Source: an uncultured delta proteobacterium (GTDB lineage Bacteria; Desulfobacterota; Binatia; Bin18). Taken from it: a stretch of DNA of 64,000 nt. Position numbers and translations under genes: made by a program. Below the pieces are notes generated by a model, which did no database searches, had not been told where the DNA came from, and was given only the letters and a program-made list of their open reading frames with translations. Within the stretch, counting starts at the first letter, position 1; every line of letters starts with the position of its first letter. Location of the stretch: the NCBI GenBank assembly GCA_963733195.1, contig CAVTCR010000050.1, positions 192,001-256,000 of the forward strand. The letters are read 5' to 3'. Positions 41,922 through 51,508 of the stretch are shown piece after piece.

Positions 41922-43718
41922 TTAGAACTGATACGTTACCCGTAACACCGATTCATCGCGCCGCCGGTAGAGTCCCCCCAACCCCCAGGTTTCATCAACC
42001 TTTCCGCCAAACCCGGGGACAAAGAAATAACTCTGCGCAAAGCGAACGATCACACTGGGAGTGACATAATAATCAACAATCCAGGTGAACTGACTACTGA
42101 AGTGGTTGATCGGATCGATGACGATAAATGCTAGTGGTAGCAACGTCCCGCGCAGATAGACCGAACTCGCCGCTAATGTACCGACGACCTCCCAATTACG
42201 AACTTTGTCAGTTGAGGAAATTTGTCCTTGGAAACGTGAGGTGCCTTCGGGAATATATTGCCAGAACAGTTGCGACGTCACGAAGAACGTTGTCCGTCGA
42301 TTCAAAGCGCGAATCCAGGTTGGCCGGTCGAAACCAACGAACCCCTGCCACGCGTCACTCTTCTTGACACCAAGAAAGCCGCTAGGAACTGGCGAGCCAG
42401 ATTCGTCAAGGATAAAGATTGGCTTGCGCTTATCCGCAAACGGCTTGCCAAATTCGTAGATCATTTCCATGCGCCAGACGCCTTCAGTGTACATACTGTC
42501 GGCATAGCTGGCAGAGACACCTAACGTATGAGTGTAAGGATAGTACGCTTCCGCGGGCAAGATTCCTTGCTCGACGAGACGAGTATTGCCGAACGCGACT
42601 TCACTGATCGTCCCGCATGTTGGCTTTCCCTGGACGCACACGTTCCGTCCACGCAGACTTGTCGTATTCATCCCATCATCTTGTGACAAACGTTGATAGA
42701 GATAGTTGAGTGTGAACGTCAGCCCTTGCGGAGTCATCGCTCCAACACGCACGCCTACCTGACTATTCTCTCCTGGATCTTTGCTGTAATCACCACGCCG
42801 GCCTAATACCGTTCCGTTAAGCAGTTTGAAGTTTCCTCCAGTCGGACTGCCAACGAAAGGATTGGTCGTGGGCACCCCCCACGGGCGGCCCGGCAGGAAA
42901 CCAATTTTGGCCGGTACCCAGTGACCAGGCACCCAGTAGGTTTCCAGGTAGGTATCAACGAGCGGCCCGACACGACCAAAACTGTAGGCCCCTTTAATCG
43001 TCCAGTACGGAATGCGCAAATCGTCCCAAGGTTCTACCCCGAGCCCACCGGCGTGCCAAGTCGTATCAAGCGCGTTGGTACGATCGAGCATGCGGAGATT
43101 GTCCGACTCTCCCCAGACTACCATCTGCCGACCAAGACGTAACGTCAGTGGGATATCGGCGAACTCAATATCGCTGTACGCCTCACGAAAGATACTCTCG
43201 AACCGTAACGCATGAGCAGCACCCTGAGTGAGGTCCGAAAGCTTGCCATCACGTCGGGCCCGACCTTGGTAGGGAAACGCTTCAAGCCGCGGCCCAGGTT
43301 GGAAGTCGTAGATACTGTCATAGGAACCGCGATACAAGCCAACGAGATGCGCCCGGCGAATCCACGGCACGGAAAGAAAACCGAAGGCTTGCCCGTCGTT
43401 GATCCAATCGTATTCCAGACGCAGGCGCAGCACATTCCGCTGTTGAATGATCGACCATTTCTCAGGCTCAGGATGACGCAGAATTTGTTGGCTTTGCACA
43501 TTGCCCGACAGCGAAACCGGACCGTAAGAAAAATCTGCATCACTGAGCGTGCAGCAATACGACAAGATAACCAGGGTAAAGAGCAAAGATCGAAAAGGCG
43601 AAAGGGCGAAGGGGCGAAGGAGAAAAAACCACAGACAGAAGTACCTGTTATGAATTCTTTTTTTGTCCATCACTTTTGATTCTTGAATTTTGCCTACTTT
43701 TGATTTGCCGGAGATCAC
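41922..43718 (-). CDS. DUF1302-family outer-membrane protein
   Basis: LRLGRQMVVWGESD, C-terminal YQF; adjacent to DUF1329. Confidence 0.75.
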   Translation of the reverse strand: MISGKSKVGKIQESKVMDKKRIHNRYFCLWFFLLRPFALSPFRSLLFTLVILSYCCTLSDADFSYGPVSLSGNVQSQQILRHPEPEKWSIIQQRNVLRLRLEYDWINDGQAFGFLSVPWIRRAHLVGLYRGSYDSIYDFQPGPRLEAFPYQGRARRDGKLSDLTQGAAHALRFESIFREAYSDIEFADIPLTLRLGRQMVVWGESDNLRMLDRTNALDTTWHAGGLGVEPWDDLRIPYWTIKGAYSFGRVGPLVDTYLETYWVPGHWVPAKIGFLPGRPWGVPTTNPFVGSPTGGNFKLLNGTVLGRRGDYSKDPGENSQVGVRVGAMTPQGLTFTLNYLYQRLSQDDGMNTTSLRGRNVCVQGKPTCGTISEVAFGNTRLVEQGILPAEAYYPYTHTLGVSASYADSMYTEGVWRMEMIYEFGKPFADKRKPIFILDESGSPVPSGFLGVKKSDAWQGFVGFDRPTWIRALNRRTTFFVTSQLFWQYIPEGTSRFQGQISSTDKVRNWEVVGTLAASSVYLRGTLLPLAFIVIDPINHFSSQFTWIVDYYVTPSVIVRFAQSYFFVPGFGGKVDETWGLGGLYRRRDESVLRVTYQF

Positions 43719-44965
43719 TGGCCACGCGCCATAATCCGATCGAGGTTAAAAAAATCATCCGGTAGTGGAACATTGTAGAGTGTTTTGGTTACTACAGTCA
43801 TCGACCCGAGCTTTTCTTCATAATCGATCATTGACTCGCCCACCCATACCGGCACGCGAACATGCTCGTTCCCAGGGTTGAATTTCGGATTGCCGTACAA
43901 CTCAAAAAGCGTCTTCTGGTGTCTCCCGTCCTGATCGTAAAACAAGACATACACCGGTACGAACATTTGCCGATCGACATAGAGCACGCGTTTGCTGTAC
44001 ATGTGACGATGCGCTGCCGGGGTGCATTCCAGTACAATCATCTCGCGCAATTCCCAAGGATCGACCGGATACCAATTCCCACGTCCGCCGAATGTCGTAG
44101 TCACGACTTTGGCTCCGACCGGCGCCAGCATTCGTCGTGACCCGAGGAACTTCCAGTTACAAGCGCGGACGTATCCCCAATAACCAAAAAAATCCTCATT
44201 GAGAAAACCGGAGTCATACGATGCCTCATCTTGCTTAATAATCATTTTGCGAATTTTGCGGCTCGTGGGGCTGTACACCCAGTTATCATCATTGACTCGG
44301 TCGCGGGCATAGCGGAGCTTAATACTCATAGTGTTCTTCAAATCAAAGGGCGCCAGAATGTGAGAGAACTCCTTATAGAGAATCCCGTCGCCCTCCCACT
44401 TGTTCGGATTAGAACCACTGGTTTGCGGGCGATGCATGCCGTAGTGGACCACATAGTAATTCTCAATTTCCCGTTCCATCGATCCCGACTCGGTCACGAG
44501 GCGAAAGTTGTTCCAGACTTGCATAACGTCACCAAAGTCTCTGTGACGTAAATTCCATGCAGCCTTTAACCCAGCAAGAGAGTCAGCCGAATCAAGTACC
44601 GGAAAAGGCAAACCTGCCACATAGCCTTCGAGTTCACCGTACGTTCCGAGCTTCGTCTGCGCCGCGTATTGCTTTGTTGCTTGGATATATTCTTCACTCA
44701 CAGGCAGATCAGTTGTTTCCTGAATAGTAAAAGCCAGTTCTCCAGCTTTTATCTTGTCGAGAATTTCCGACGGTAAATAGTCTGTTGCCGCTTCCCAGGA
44801 GTCCTTAGAAATCGTCGTTCCAGGCGTAAGTCCGTTCACGGACGGCTTCCCTGTCTCATAGGGATGAAACATGTGTTGGATCGTCGTCGCAGGAACCTCG
44901 GCGTAGGCCGCTTGCCCAATAAGACTCGCAAGATTGAGGAGCACCGCAAAACATTGTCTTCGCAT
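43715..44965 (-). CDS. DUF1329 family periplasmic protein
   Basis: YVAGLPFP, WVYSPTSRKIRK, YSKRVLYVD. Confidence 0.8.
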   Translation of the reverse strand: MRRQCFAVLLNLASLIGQAAYAEVPATTIQHMFHPYETGKPSVNGLTPGTTISKDSWEAATDYLPSEILDKIKAGELAFTIQETTDLPVSEEYIQATKQYAAQTKLGTYGELEGYVAGLPFPVLDSADSLAGLKAAWNLRHRDFGDVMQVWNNFRLVTESGSMEREIENYYVVHYGMHRPQTSGSNPNKWEGDGILYKEFSHILAPFDLKNTMSIKLRYARDRVNDDNWVYSPTSRKIRKMIIKQDEASYDSGFLNEDFFGYWGYVRACNWKFLGSRRMLAPVGAKVVTTTFGGRGNWYPVDPWELREMIVLECTPAAHRHMYSKRVLYVDRQMFVPVYVLFYDQDGRHQKTLFELYGNPKFNPGNEHVRVPVWVGESMIDYEEKLGSMTVVTKTLYNVPLPDDFFNLDRIMARGQ

Positions 44966-45148
44966 TCTCTTCCTTTTCCCTTCTTATCGAGGTGCTGCAT
45001 GGCCCGTATAGCGTGAAGAGAAAACGGAAGCAAGGAAGAATCATCGATCTTGCTACGGACGGCATGCAAGCTCATCAGAATTCCCCCCGGTCTCTCGTAC
45101 CCGACTCAACACCATATCGACCGCACGTTGGCGGGGATTGGTCAGCGT

Positions 45149-45185
45149 TCTCTCTCCCTTGGCGGGAGAGAGTCAGAGAGAGGGG
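45149..45185. repeat. REP-like element
   Basis: TCTCTCTCCCTTGGCGGGAGAGAGTCAGAGAGAGGGG. Confidence 0.5.
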
Positions 45186-45249
45186 AAGCGAATAAATACT
45201 CTTCATTTGTATTGCGGTGAACTCCAAGTGGTCTTGCTTTACCTCATAA

Positions 45250-45269
45250 TTAGGTGCATATCCTCCTAA
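45250..45269. promoter_or_regulatory. Putative MarR operator
   Basis: Imperfect palindrome TTAGGTGCATATCCTCCTAA just before the MarR start. Confidence 0.4.
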
Positions 45270-45271
45270 CT

Positions 45272-45772
45272 ATGACGAAACCGGAAGACAGCAAAGCTAT
45301 CGCCCAGAGCCGACAGATTGGTCAGCTGTGCGCCTGTTTTAATCTGCGAAGGGCGACTCGAGCAGTCACACAATTGTATGATACCGTCCTCCGTCCGGTT
45401 GGTTTACGAACCACGCAATTTACCCTTCTGAATGCCGTCCGCCTGCAAGCACCGGTCACAATCAGACGACTTGCGGCCTCTGTCGTCATGGACCGAACAA
45501 CCTTAACCCGCGACTTGCGCCCCCTAGAACGACAAAGACTCGTTTCTATCGAAACGGGAGAAGATCGGCGAGAACGCAAAGTCGATCTTACCGCAAAAGG
45601 TGCGCAGGTTATTACCCGCGCTTTACCGCTATGGCAAAAGGCCCAGGCTTACGTCGCCCAGGGTCTCGGGCAAGAGCGACTCCAGCGGCTGCTGGAAGAT
45701 CTCGCCGCAACCGTAGCCCTCACTCGGGCAAATAGGAAAAATACGGAGAAAACGAAGGAAGCTCGTACATGA
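45272..45772 (+). CDS. MarR family regulator
   Basis: CACFNLRRATR, MDRTTLTR, DRRER..LTAKG. Confidence 0.9.
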   Translation: MTKPEDSKAIAQSRQIGQLCACFNLRRATRAVTQLYDTVLRPVGLRTTQFTLLNAVRLQAPVTIRRLAASVVMDRTTLTRDLRPLERQRLVSIETGEDRRERKVDLTAKGAQVITRALPLWQKAQAYVAQGLGQERLQRLLEDLAATVALTRANRKNTEKTKEART

Positions 45773-45861
45773 AATCCGTGTACCGATAAGGAGAGGAAGG
45801 CAGCCCTACTTCTCTGGTTTACTCAAATTCTGAAACGGAACGATGAAGGAGAGTTGATCCA

Positions 45862-48189
45862 ATGAATACCCAACCACGTGAGAGTTCCTGGCACTCCACG
45901 GCGTGCATTATTTGCTATGTCAACTGTGGAATCGAAGTGCAGACCGAAGGGCGCACCATCACTCGTGTCCGTGGCGACAAGGCGCATCCCAGTACGCAAG
46001 GCTACCTCTGCCAGAAAGTACAGCGTGTCAACTTCTATCAAAATCATGCCGATCGTTTGACTACACCCTTACGGCGACGCACGGATGGAAGTTTCGAGGC
46101 GATCGACTGGGACACAGCACTAACGGAGATTGCCCAACGCTTGAATCAGCTTCGCAAGCAGTATGGTGGGCAAGCATTTGCCTTCTACGGCGGCGGCGGA
46201 CAAGGGAATCATCTGGGCGGTGCTTACGGTGTGTCGCTCATGCGAGCGATGGGCTCAAACAATTATTACAGTGCCCTCTCACAAGAGAAGACTGGCGACT
46301 TTTGGGTGAATGGGTTTCTTTTCGGTGCACAGAACGTCCACACAGCGGAAGATGTCGAGCATTGTGATTTGCTGGTTGTTCTTGGCTGTAATCCGTGGAT
46401 GGCCCATGGCTTCCGCAATGCGCGTAACCTCATCAACGAGATCAAGCATGATCCACAACGTCATTTGTTAGTGATTGATCCTCGTCGCACAGAGGTCGCT
46501 GAGGTCGCAGACCTGCATCTGCAGCTCCGTCCTGGTACCGATGCATTTCTTCTTGGAGCGATTCTATCTTTGATTCTCCGTCGCGGTGGTGAAGCGGCAG
46601 ATTTTCTTGCCTCGCACACGGTAGGATTTGACGAAGTGCGTGGGGCTTTGCTCACGATTCCAGTCGATGGCTGGATACGCCATGCCGGAGTGGAACGTGT
46701 AGATGTCGAGCGGGCAGTAGATATGATTCTGGCTGCCCAGGCGATGACGGTGCGGGTCGAGCTTGGCATCCAGCAAGGCTGCAATTCGACGCTCAATTCG
46801 TACTTAGAAAAACTTCTTTTCTTGTTAACTGGCAACTTCGGTCGCAAAGGTACGAACAACTTGCACTCGTGGTTACAGCCGTTGTGGGGGAATTCACGAG
46901 GGGAGCGTTCAACGGTCACTGGACAAGAACAAATCGGCGGCTTGTACCCTCCCAATCGTTTACCTGCCGAAATCTTGTCCGACCACCCAGATCGCCTGCG
47001 AGCGATGTGGGTCGATAGCTCGAATCCGCTCAACACCGCTGCCAATACCAAGGCGGTGGAAGAAGCGTTCCAGGCACTCGACCTTACGGTCGTTGTTGAT
47101 GTTGCGCTGACCGAGACTGCCGCCCTCGCCCACTACGTTCTGCCGGCAGCTTCACAGTACGAAAAATGGGAATACACTCTCTTCACCTTCGAGTTTCCCA
47201 CCAACTATATCCACCTGCGGGCACCGTTATTCGAGCCCTTACCGGGTACGCTGCCTGAACCAGAGATCTACACCCGCTTACTACGGAAGATGGGAGATCT
47301 TCCCTCGGACGCTGAATTGGCAGAACTACGCACGCTAGCAGGCGGAAACCGCCGAGAGTTTATGCAACAGTTCACTACATTTCTTGGTAGCCGTCGTGGG
47401 CTCAGTGCGATTGCACCCGCGGTTCTCTACGAAACCTTAGGACGGACTTTTGCCGATGGTTCTGGAACTGCCTCGCTGTTGTGGTTGGCCTCGCATCGCC
47501 TTGCCACCGAACAGCCTGAGGCTGTCCGCGCAACCGGACTCCGTGGTGAAGGATTCACTCTTGGTGAGGCACTGTTCGAGAAGATTCGCACCGGTCACTC
47601 AGGTGTAGCATTTAGCGCACATACCTACGATCAGGTGTGGAGCCTAATGAAACACAAAGATCGCAAAATTCATCTTGCGATTCCGCAGTTGCTTGATTGG
47701 CTGAAGTCCCTCACTCCAGAGCAAGACGCTATCAACCCCGCCTATCCATTTATGCTCATCGCTGGCCAGCGGCGTTCCTACAACGCTAATCAGATCTTTC
47801 GTACTCCGGCTTGGCGCAAGAATGATCCAGATGGAGCACTGCGTATTCATCCTAACGACATCGCTAGAGTTGGAGCAAAAGATGGTGGTTGGATAGCGGT
47901 CGAGACCAGTACCGGTCGTCTGAACGTACGAGTCGAAGCTGATGATTCGTTGCGGTTAGGTGTCGTTGCCCTCCCCCACGGCTACGGGCAAGCGTATCCC
48001 TCAGGGGAGGAACGGCTCACAAATGGTCCGCGTATCAATCAGATCACCTCAAGCGATCATTGCGACCCAATCGCCGCTACGCCGTATCACAAGAATGTCC
48101 CCGTGCGACTCGTCCCCCTTACCGGACCAGAAGCCGAGCGTGCAGAAGAGCTGTCGAAGCGGGCAAAACTAGTTGAGGCTACGCAATAA
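45862..48189 (+). CDS. Molybdopterin-dependent oxidoreductase
   Basis: CIICYVNCG..GYLCQK Fe-S motif, VIDPRRT, VLPAASQYEK, ALPHGYG. Confidence 0.9.
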   Translation: MNTQPRESSWHSTACIICYVNCGIEVQTEGRTITRVRGDKAHPSTQGYLCQKVQRVNFYQNHADRLTTPLRRRTDGSFEAIDWDTALTEIAQRLNQLRKQYGGQAFAFYGGGGQGNHLGGAYGVSLMRAMGSNNYYSALSQEKTGDFWVNGFLFGAQNVHTAEDVEHCDLLVVLGCNPWMAHGFRNARNLINEIKHDPQRHLLVIDPRRTEVAEVADLHLQLRPGTDAFLLGAILSLILRRGGEAADFLASHTVGFDEVRGALLTIPVDGWIRHAGVERVDVERAVDMILAAQAMTVRVELGIQQGCNSTLNSYLEKLLFLLTGNFGRKGTNNLHSWLQPLWGNSRGERSTVTGQEQIGGLYPPNRLPAEILSDHPDRLRAMWVDSSNPLNTAANTKAVEEAFQALDLTVVVDVALTETAALAHYVLPAASQYEKWEYTLFTFEFPTNYIHLRAPLFEPLPGTLPEPEIYTRLLRKMGDLPSDAELAELRTLAGGNRREFMQQFTTFLGSRRGLSAIAPAVLYETLGRTFADGSGTASLLWLASHRLATEQPEAVRATGLRGEGFTLGEALFEKIRTGHSGVAFSAHTYDQVWSLMKHKDRKIHLAIPQLLDWLKSLTPEQDAINPAYPFMLIAGQRRSYNANQIFRTPAWRKNDPDGALRIHPNDIARVGAKDGGWIAVETSTGRLNVRVEADDSLRLGVVALPHGYGQAYPSGEERLTNGPRINQITSSDHCDPIAATPYHKNVPVRLVPLTGPEAERAEELSKRAKLVEATQ

Positions 48190-48304
48190 AAAACACTCAG
48201 CCCTTCGTACCGCACCCAGGGGAACCTAGCTTTCCAGAGATGAACGCCGCACAAGCGCTGGGAGTGATAGGGCGATGAACATCAAAGGAAACGCAAAAAG
48301 AGGC

Positions 48305-48352
48305 TTGACGTCACAGGCTTTATGCTTATACTGTCTATCGACGATTAACGAT
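48305..48352 (+). promoter_or_regulatory. sigma70 promoter with an ArsR-type operator
   Basis: TTGACG-N16-TATACT followed by ATCG-N8-CGAT. Confidence 0.55.
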
Positions 48353-48370
48353 GAACAATGGAACTAAACC

Positions 48371-48646
48371 GTGAATCCTAGAGCAGCCAACGAAGAGCTG
48401 AGTGTGATATGTAAAGCGTTGGCACATCCCGTGCGAGTGCGGATCCTGCAAATTCTACTGGAACGCCAATGTCTGTGTGGTGACGTAGTGAATGCTCTAC
48501 CTTTGGCACAGTCTACGGTGTCAGAGCATCTCAGAATCCTCAAAGGAGCGGGACTAATCTATGATGAAGCCGACGGCCCGCGGCGCTCGTATTACGTCAA
48601 TCAGCGGCTCTTGGAGCGGTTCAAGAGGATGATCGCCGCACTGTAA
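48371..48646 (+). CDS. ArsR/SmtB family regulator
   Basis: KALAHPVRVRIL, CLCGD, LAQSTVSEHL. Confidence 0.9.
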   Translation: MNPRAANEELSVICKALAHPVRVRILQILLERQCLCGDVVNALPLAQSTVSEHLRILKGAGLIYDEADGPRRSYYVNQRLLERFKRMIAAL

Positions 48647-48723
48647 AATTTTTTGCACCGTTACTTACTGAACTGATCGATTATGAGGAGTTCTGTGGGC
48701 TACGCACAGCGAAGGCTGCGTAG

Positions 48724-49821
48724 ATGAAAAGAACAAACGTAGTAGGAAAGATTGGTGAAGCAGTAGCTATGACACAAACGTTGCAACTCATTACCAACAA
48801 CAAGCACACACATGAAGAACTGCCCGTGCTGACAACCGACGTGAACGCTGAGGTTGGACTGCTTGACGCCTATTCCCAGGCAGTTATCAGGGCGGCAGAG
48901 AAAGTGAGTCCGGCAGTCGTCAGTATTGAAGTGCACAAGTCGGTGAGAAATGGGCCGACGCCTGGTTCGCGCCCGTCCCCGGGGATGCACGGGAACGGCT
49001 CTGGGTTCATCTTTACGCCGGACGGGTTTGTTCTCACTAATAGTCATGTCGTGCATGATGCGAGCAAGATCGAAGTGGCATTAACCGACGGTCATCGGTT
49101 TCAAGCCGAGTTAGTCGGTGATGATCCGGATACTGACCTGGCGGTGATCAGAATCGCAGGACCGAACTTCATGGCCGCCCAGCTTGGGAACTCACAGGCA
49201 CTGCGGGTGGGCCAATTAGTCGTTGCCCTGGGCAATCCCTATGGGTTCCAATGCACGGTGACTGCCGGGGTGGTTAGTGCATTGGGACGTTCCCTACGGG
49301 CGCAGTCCGGGCGCTTGATCGACAACCTCATTCAGACCGATGCAGCCCTTAACCCCGGCAATTCAGGCGGTCCACTAGTCACGTCACGAGGCGAGGTCAT
49401 CGGCGTCAATACGGCGGTGATTCTGCCGGCCCAAGGGATTTGTTTCGCTATCGCCATGAGCACGGCGCAGTTTGTCGCGGCACGGTTGATCAAAGATGGG
49501 AAAGTCCGTAGGAGCTATATTGGAGTAGGAGGGCAGAATGTGACCTTGCCCCGTCGCGTGGTGCGCTTCCACAACCTCTTGACCGAGAGTGGGGTCCTGG
49601 TCGTTTCGCTGGAGCCAAACAGCCCCGCGCAACGGGCTGGCGTTCGTGAAGGCGATGTCATCGTCGGGTATGGCCGCCACGTCATTGCTAGCATTGATGA
49701 CTTGCAGCGACTGATGACCGAGGAGCAGGTGGGAGTGCGCTCAGAGATCACCTTGCTGCGACGCGGTGAGAAGTTGGAACTCTCAATCGTGCCAGAAGAA
49801 TCGAAGAGGGTGAGAGGATAG
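48724..49821 (+). CDS. HtrA-like serine protease with PDZ domain
   Basis: LTNSHVV, DLAVI, NPGNSGGPL, SPAQRAG. Confidence 0.92.
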   Translation: MKRTNVVGKIGEAVAMTQTLQLITNNKHTHEELPVLTTDVNAEVGLLDAYSQAVIRAAEKVSPAVVSIEVHKSVRNGPTPGSRPSPGMHGNGSGFIFTPDGFVLTNSHVVHDASKIEVALTDGHRFQAELVGDDPDTDLAVIRIAGPNFMAAQLGNSQALRVGQLVVALGNPYGFQCTVTAGVVSALGRSLRAQSGRLIDNLIQTDAALNPGNSGGPLVTSRGEVIGVNTAVILPAQGICFAIAMSTAQFVAARLIKDGKVRRSYIGVGGQNVTLPRRVVRFHNLLTESGVLVVSLEPNSPAQRAGVREGDVIVGYGRHVIASIDDLQRLMTEEQVGVRSEITLLRRGEKLELSIVPEESKRVRG

Positions 49822-50038
49822 GTCTTTCGTAGAACAAGCTACTGTCTGTTCACGCAAAAAGATCAGCCTTTACTATTATCTCTCGATGTGGCCAGGTCAG
49901 CCCGAAAAAAACGAGAACCGTGGCCGCTGCGAATACGTGCAGGAGGCGTTCGTACCGATCGGCCTCCTCCAAGTATCCATCTCATCCGTTGTGATCACCT
50001 TATCTCTACTGCATTCTTCTTTACCTGTGCCGCACCTT

Positions 50039-51469
50039 TTAGAACCAGAACCGCATCTCCCAGCTCGTGAAGTGGACTGTTCTGCTCGGGCCGGTGTCCG
50101 CGATGAACGCCCCGGGGTGGAACTGGGAGTATGCGATCAGGAAATCGAGAGTGCGGTCGTGCTCGTAGGTGAGCACGACCTCCGCCTGGACGCCGATGTA
50201 GCGGGCGCGTGAGCCTCCGTCGCCGCGGAGCAGATTACCAGCAACATCGTAGATGCCATCGTCTAAGCTTTCCCGCCAGTAGAACGGCGCCGCACCTTCA
50301 AGCTTCCACCCACTGCCGAAATCAAAACCGATCGACGGGTGCAGGTTGATGAGATTGTAGGGACCGAGCAGCGACAGCTCGCCGAAATACTTACCCTTCG
50401 GGAACAGGGCATTAAAGGTCTGGAGGTCAGGGTCATCCGGGTCGTCGTCGCCGCTGATGATGTTAGCCTTGAGGCCCAGGCGCGGCGTAAAGAGAAGGGC
50501 CTTAAAGGTATAACCTATGTCTGACGCGACGGACCAGGCGCGGATGGTGCCGCCGTCGAAGTCGCCGAACTGGTAGAATGCTTCCCCATTCCACTCCCAC
50601 ACGCCGGCTTGACCGAAGAAACGTGTCCCCACCGTATGCCGGCGCTCGTTGCCGTTGCCCTGGTTGAAGGCCGCCCGATCGTTGTCGTACCCGATGTAAT
50701 AGAGATCGACGCCGGTCTTCTTGCCGAACGGCAGGGAGTGGGTCGCGTAGAGCGACCAGACTGCCTGGGTATTGTCCGTCTCGTCATCGAACTCACCGAC
50801 ATCGGCCGCGACCGGGCGGAAGTAGAAGGCATCGGCCCGCCACTCACCGACTTCGACGAAGCCTTTGATCCCGTCGAACGCCCGCAAGACGTTCGGGCCG
50901 TAACGGAGGCCGATGAGCCGCTCCGAACCGTACGATAAGAGTTGGCGGCCGCCACGGAGGGTGAAGGCCGTGCCCGTGCCGAGTGGGAGCCGCAGGTCGG
51001 CAAAGCCCTGCAGGAGATCGAGACGGTCCTCGTCAACGGGACTCTCAACCGGCTCCACGCCATCGGCGAACGCGGCGATGAGTTGCCCGAACAGCCGTAC
51101 GTGGGAGCCGAGGTGGAGGTCGGCCAGCGGCATGGCCCGGAGCCACAGGTAGCCGTCGTCGGGCTCTGAGGCTCCGCCCCACAGGTTGTTATGGTAATGC
51201 TCGTAGCGGGCGCGGAGTTCGAGACCAGTGGTAAGATAGACCTCCTGTATCCCCTTGGTCCCCGTGAGCGGGAGGTATTTGAACGGCTCCCACCAAGCGC
51301 CGGTGCGCGCCGCCGGATCGTGCAGATAGGCGTAGTCTTCCCCGTACCGAGTCGTACTCAGCGGCGGGGGCTGCGGTTGGGGTTCTTTGGCAGCGTGTGC
51401 CTGCGCGGCTGAAATGGCGAAAGCCGTAACCGCCAGGACCCACAGAGCGACCAACACCCGCTGCATCAC
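50039..51469 (-). CDS. Alginate export (AlgE-like) family outer-membrane protein
   Basis: RYGEDYAYL, LRGGRQLLSYGSERLI, TFNALFP, C-terminal F. Confidence 0.85.
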   Translation of the reverse strand: MMQRVLVALWVLAVTAFAISAAQAHAAKEPQPQPPPLSTTRYGEDYAYLHDPAARTGAWWEPFKYLPLTGTKGIQEVYLTTGLELRARYEHYHNNLWGGASEPDDGYLWLRAMPLADLHLGSHVRLFGQLIAAFADGVEPVESPVDEDRLDLLQGFADLRLPLGTGTAFTLRGGRQLLSYGSERLIGLRYGPNVLRAFDGIKGFVEVGEWRADAFYFRPVAADVGEFDDETDNTQAVWSLYATHSLPFGKKTGVDLYYIGYDNDRAAFNQGNGNERRHTVGTRFFGQAGVWEWNGEAFYQFGDFDGGTIRAWSVASDIGYTFKALLFTPRLGLKANIISGDDDPDDPDLQTFNALFPKGKYFGELSLLGPYNLINLHPSIGFDFGSGWKLEGAAPFYWRESLDDGIYDVAGNLLRGDGGSRARYIGVQAEVVLTYEHDRTLDFLIAYSQFHPGAFIADTGPSRTVHFTSWEMRFWF

Positions 51470-51508
51470 CGGCCGTCTGGTTAGACTCGTTCCCGTCGCC
51501 CCGCTGAT

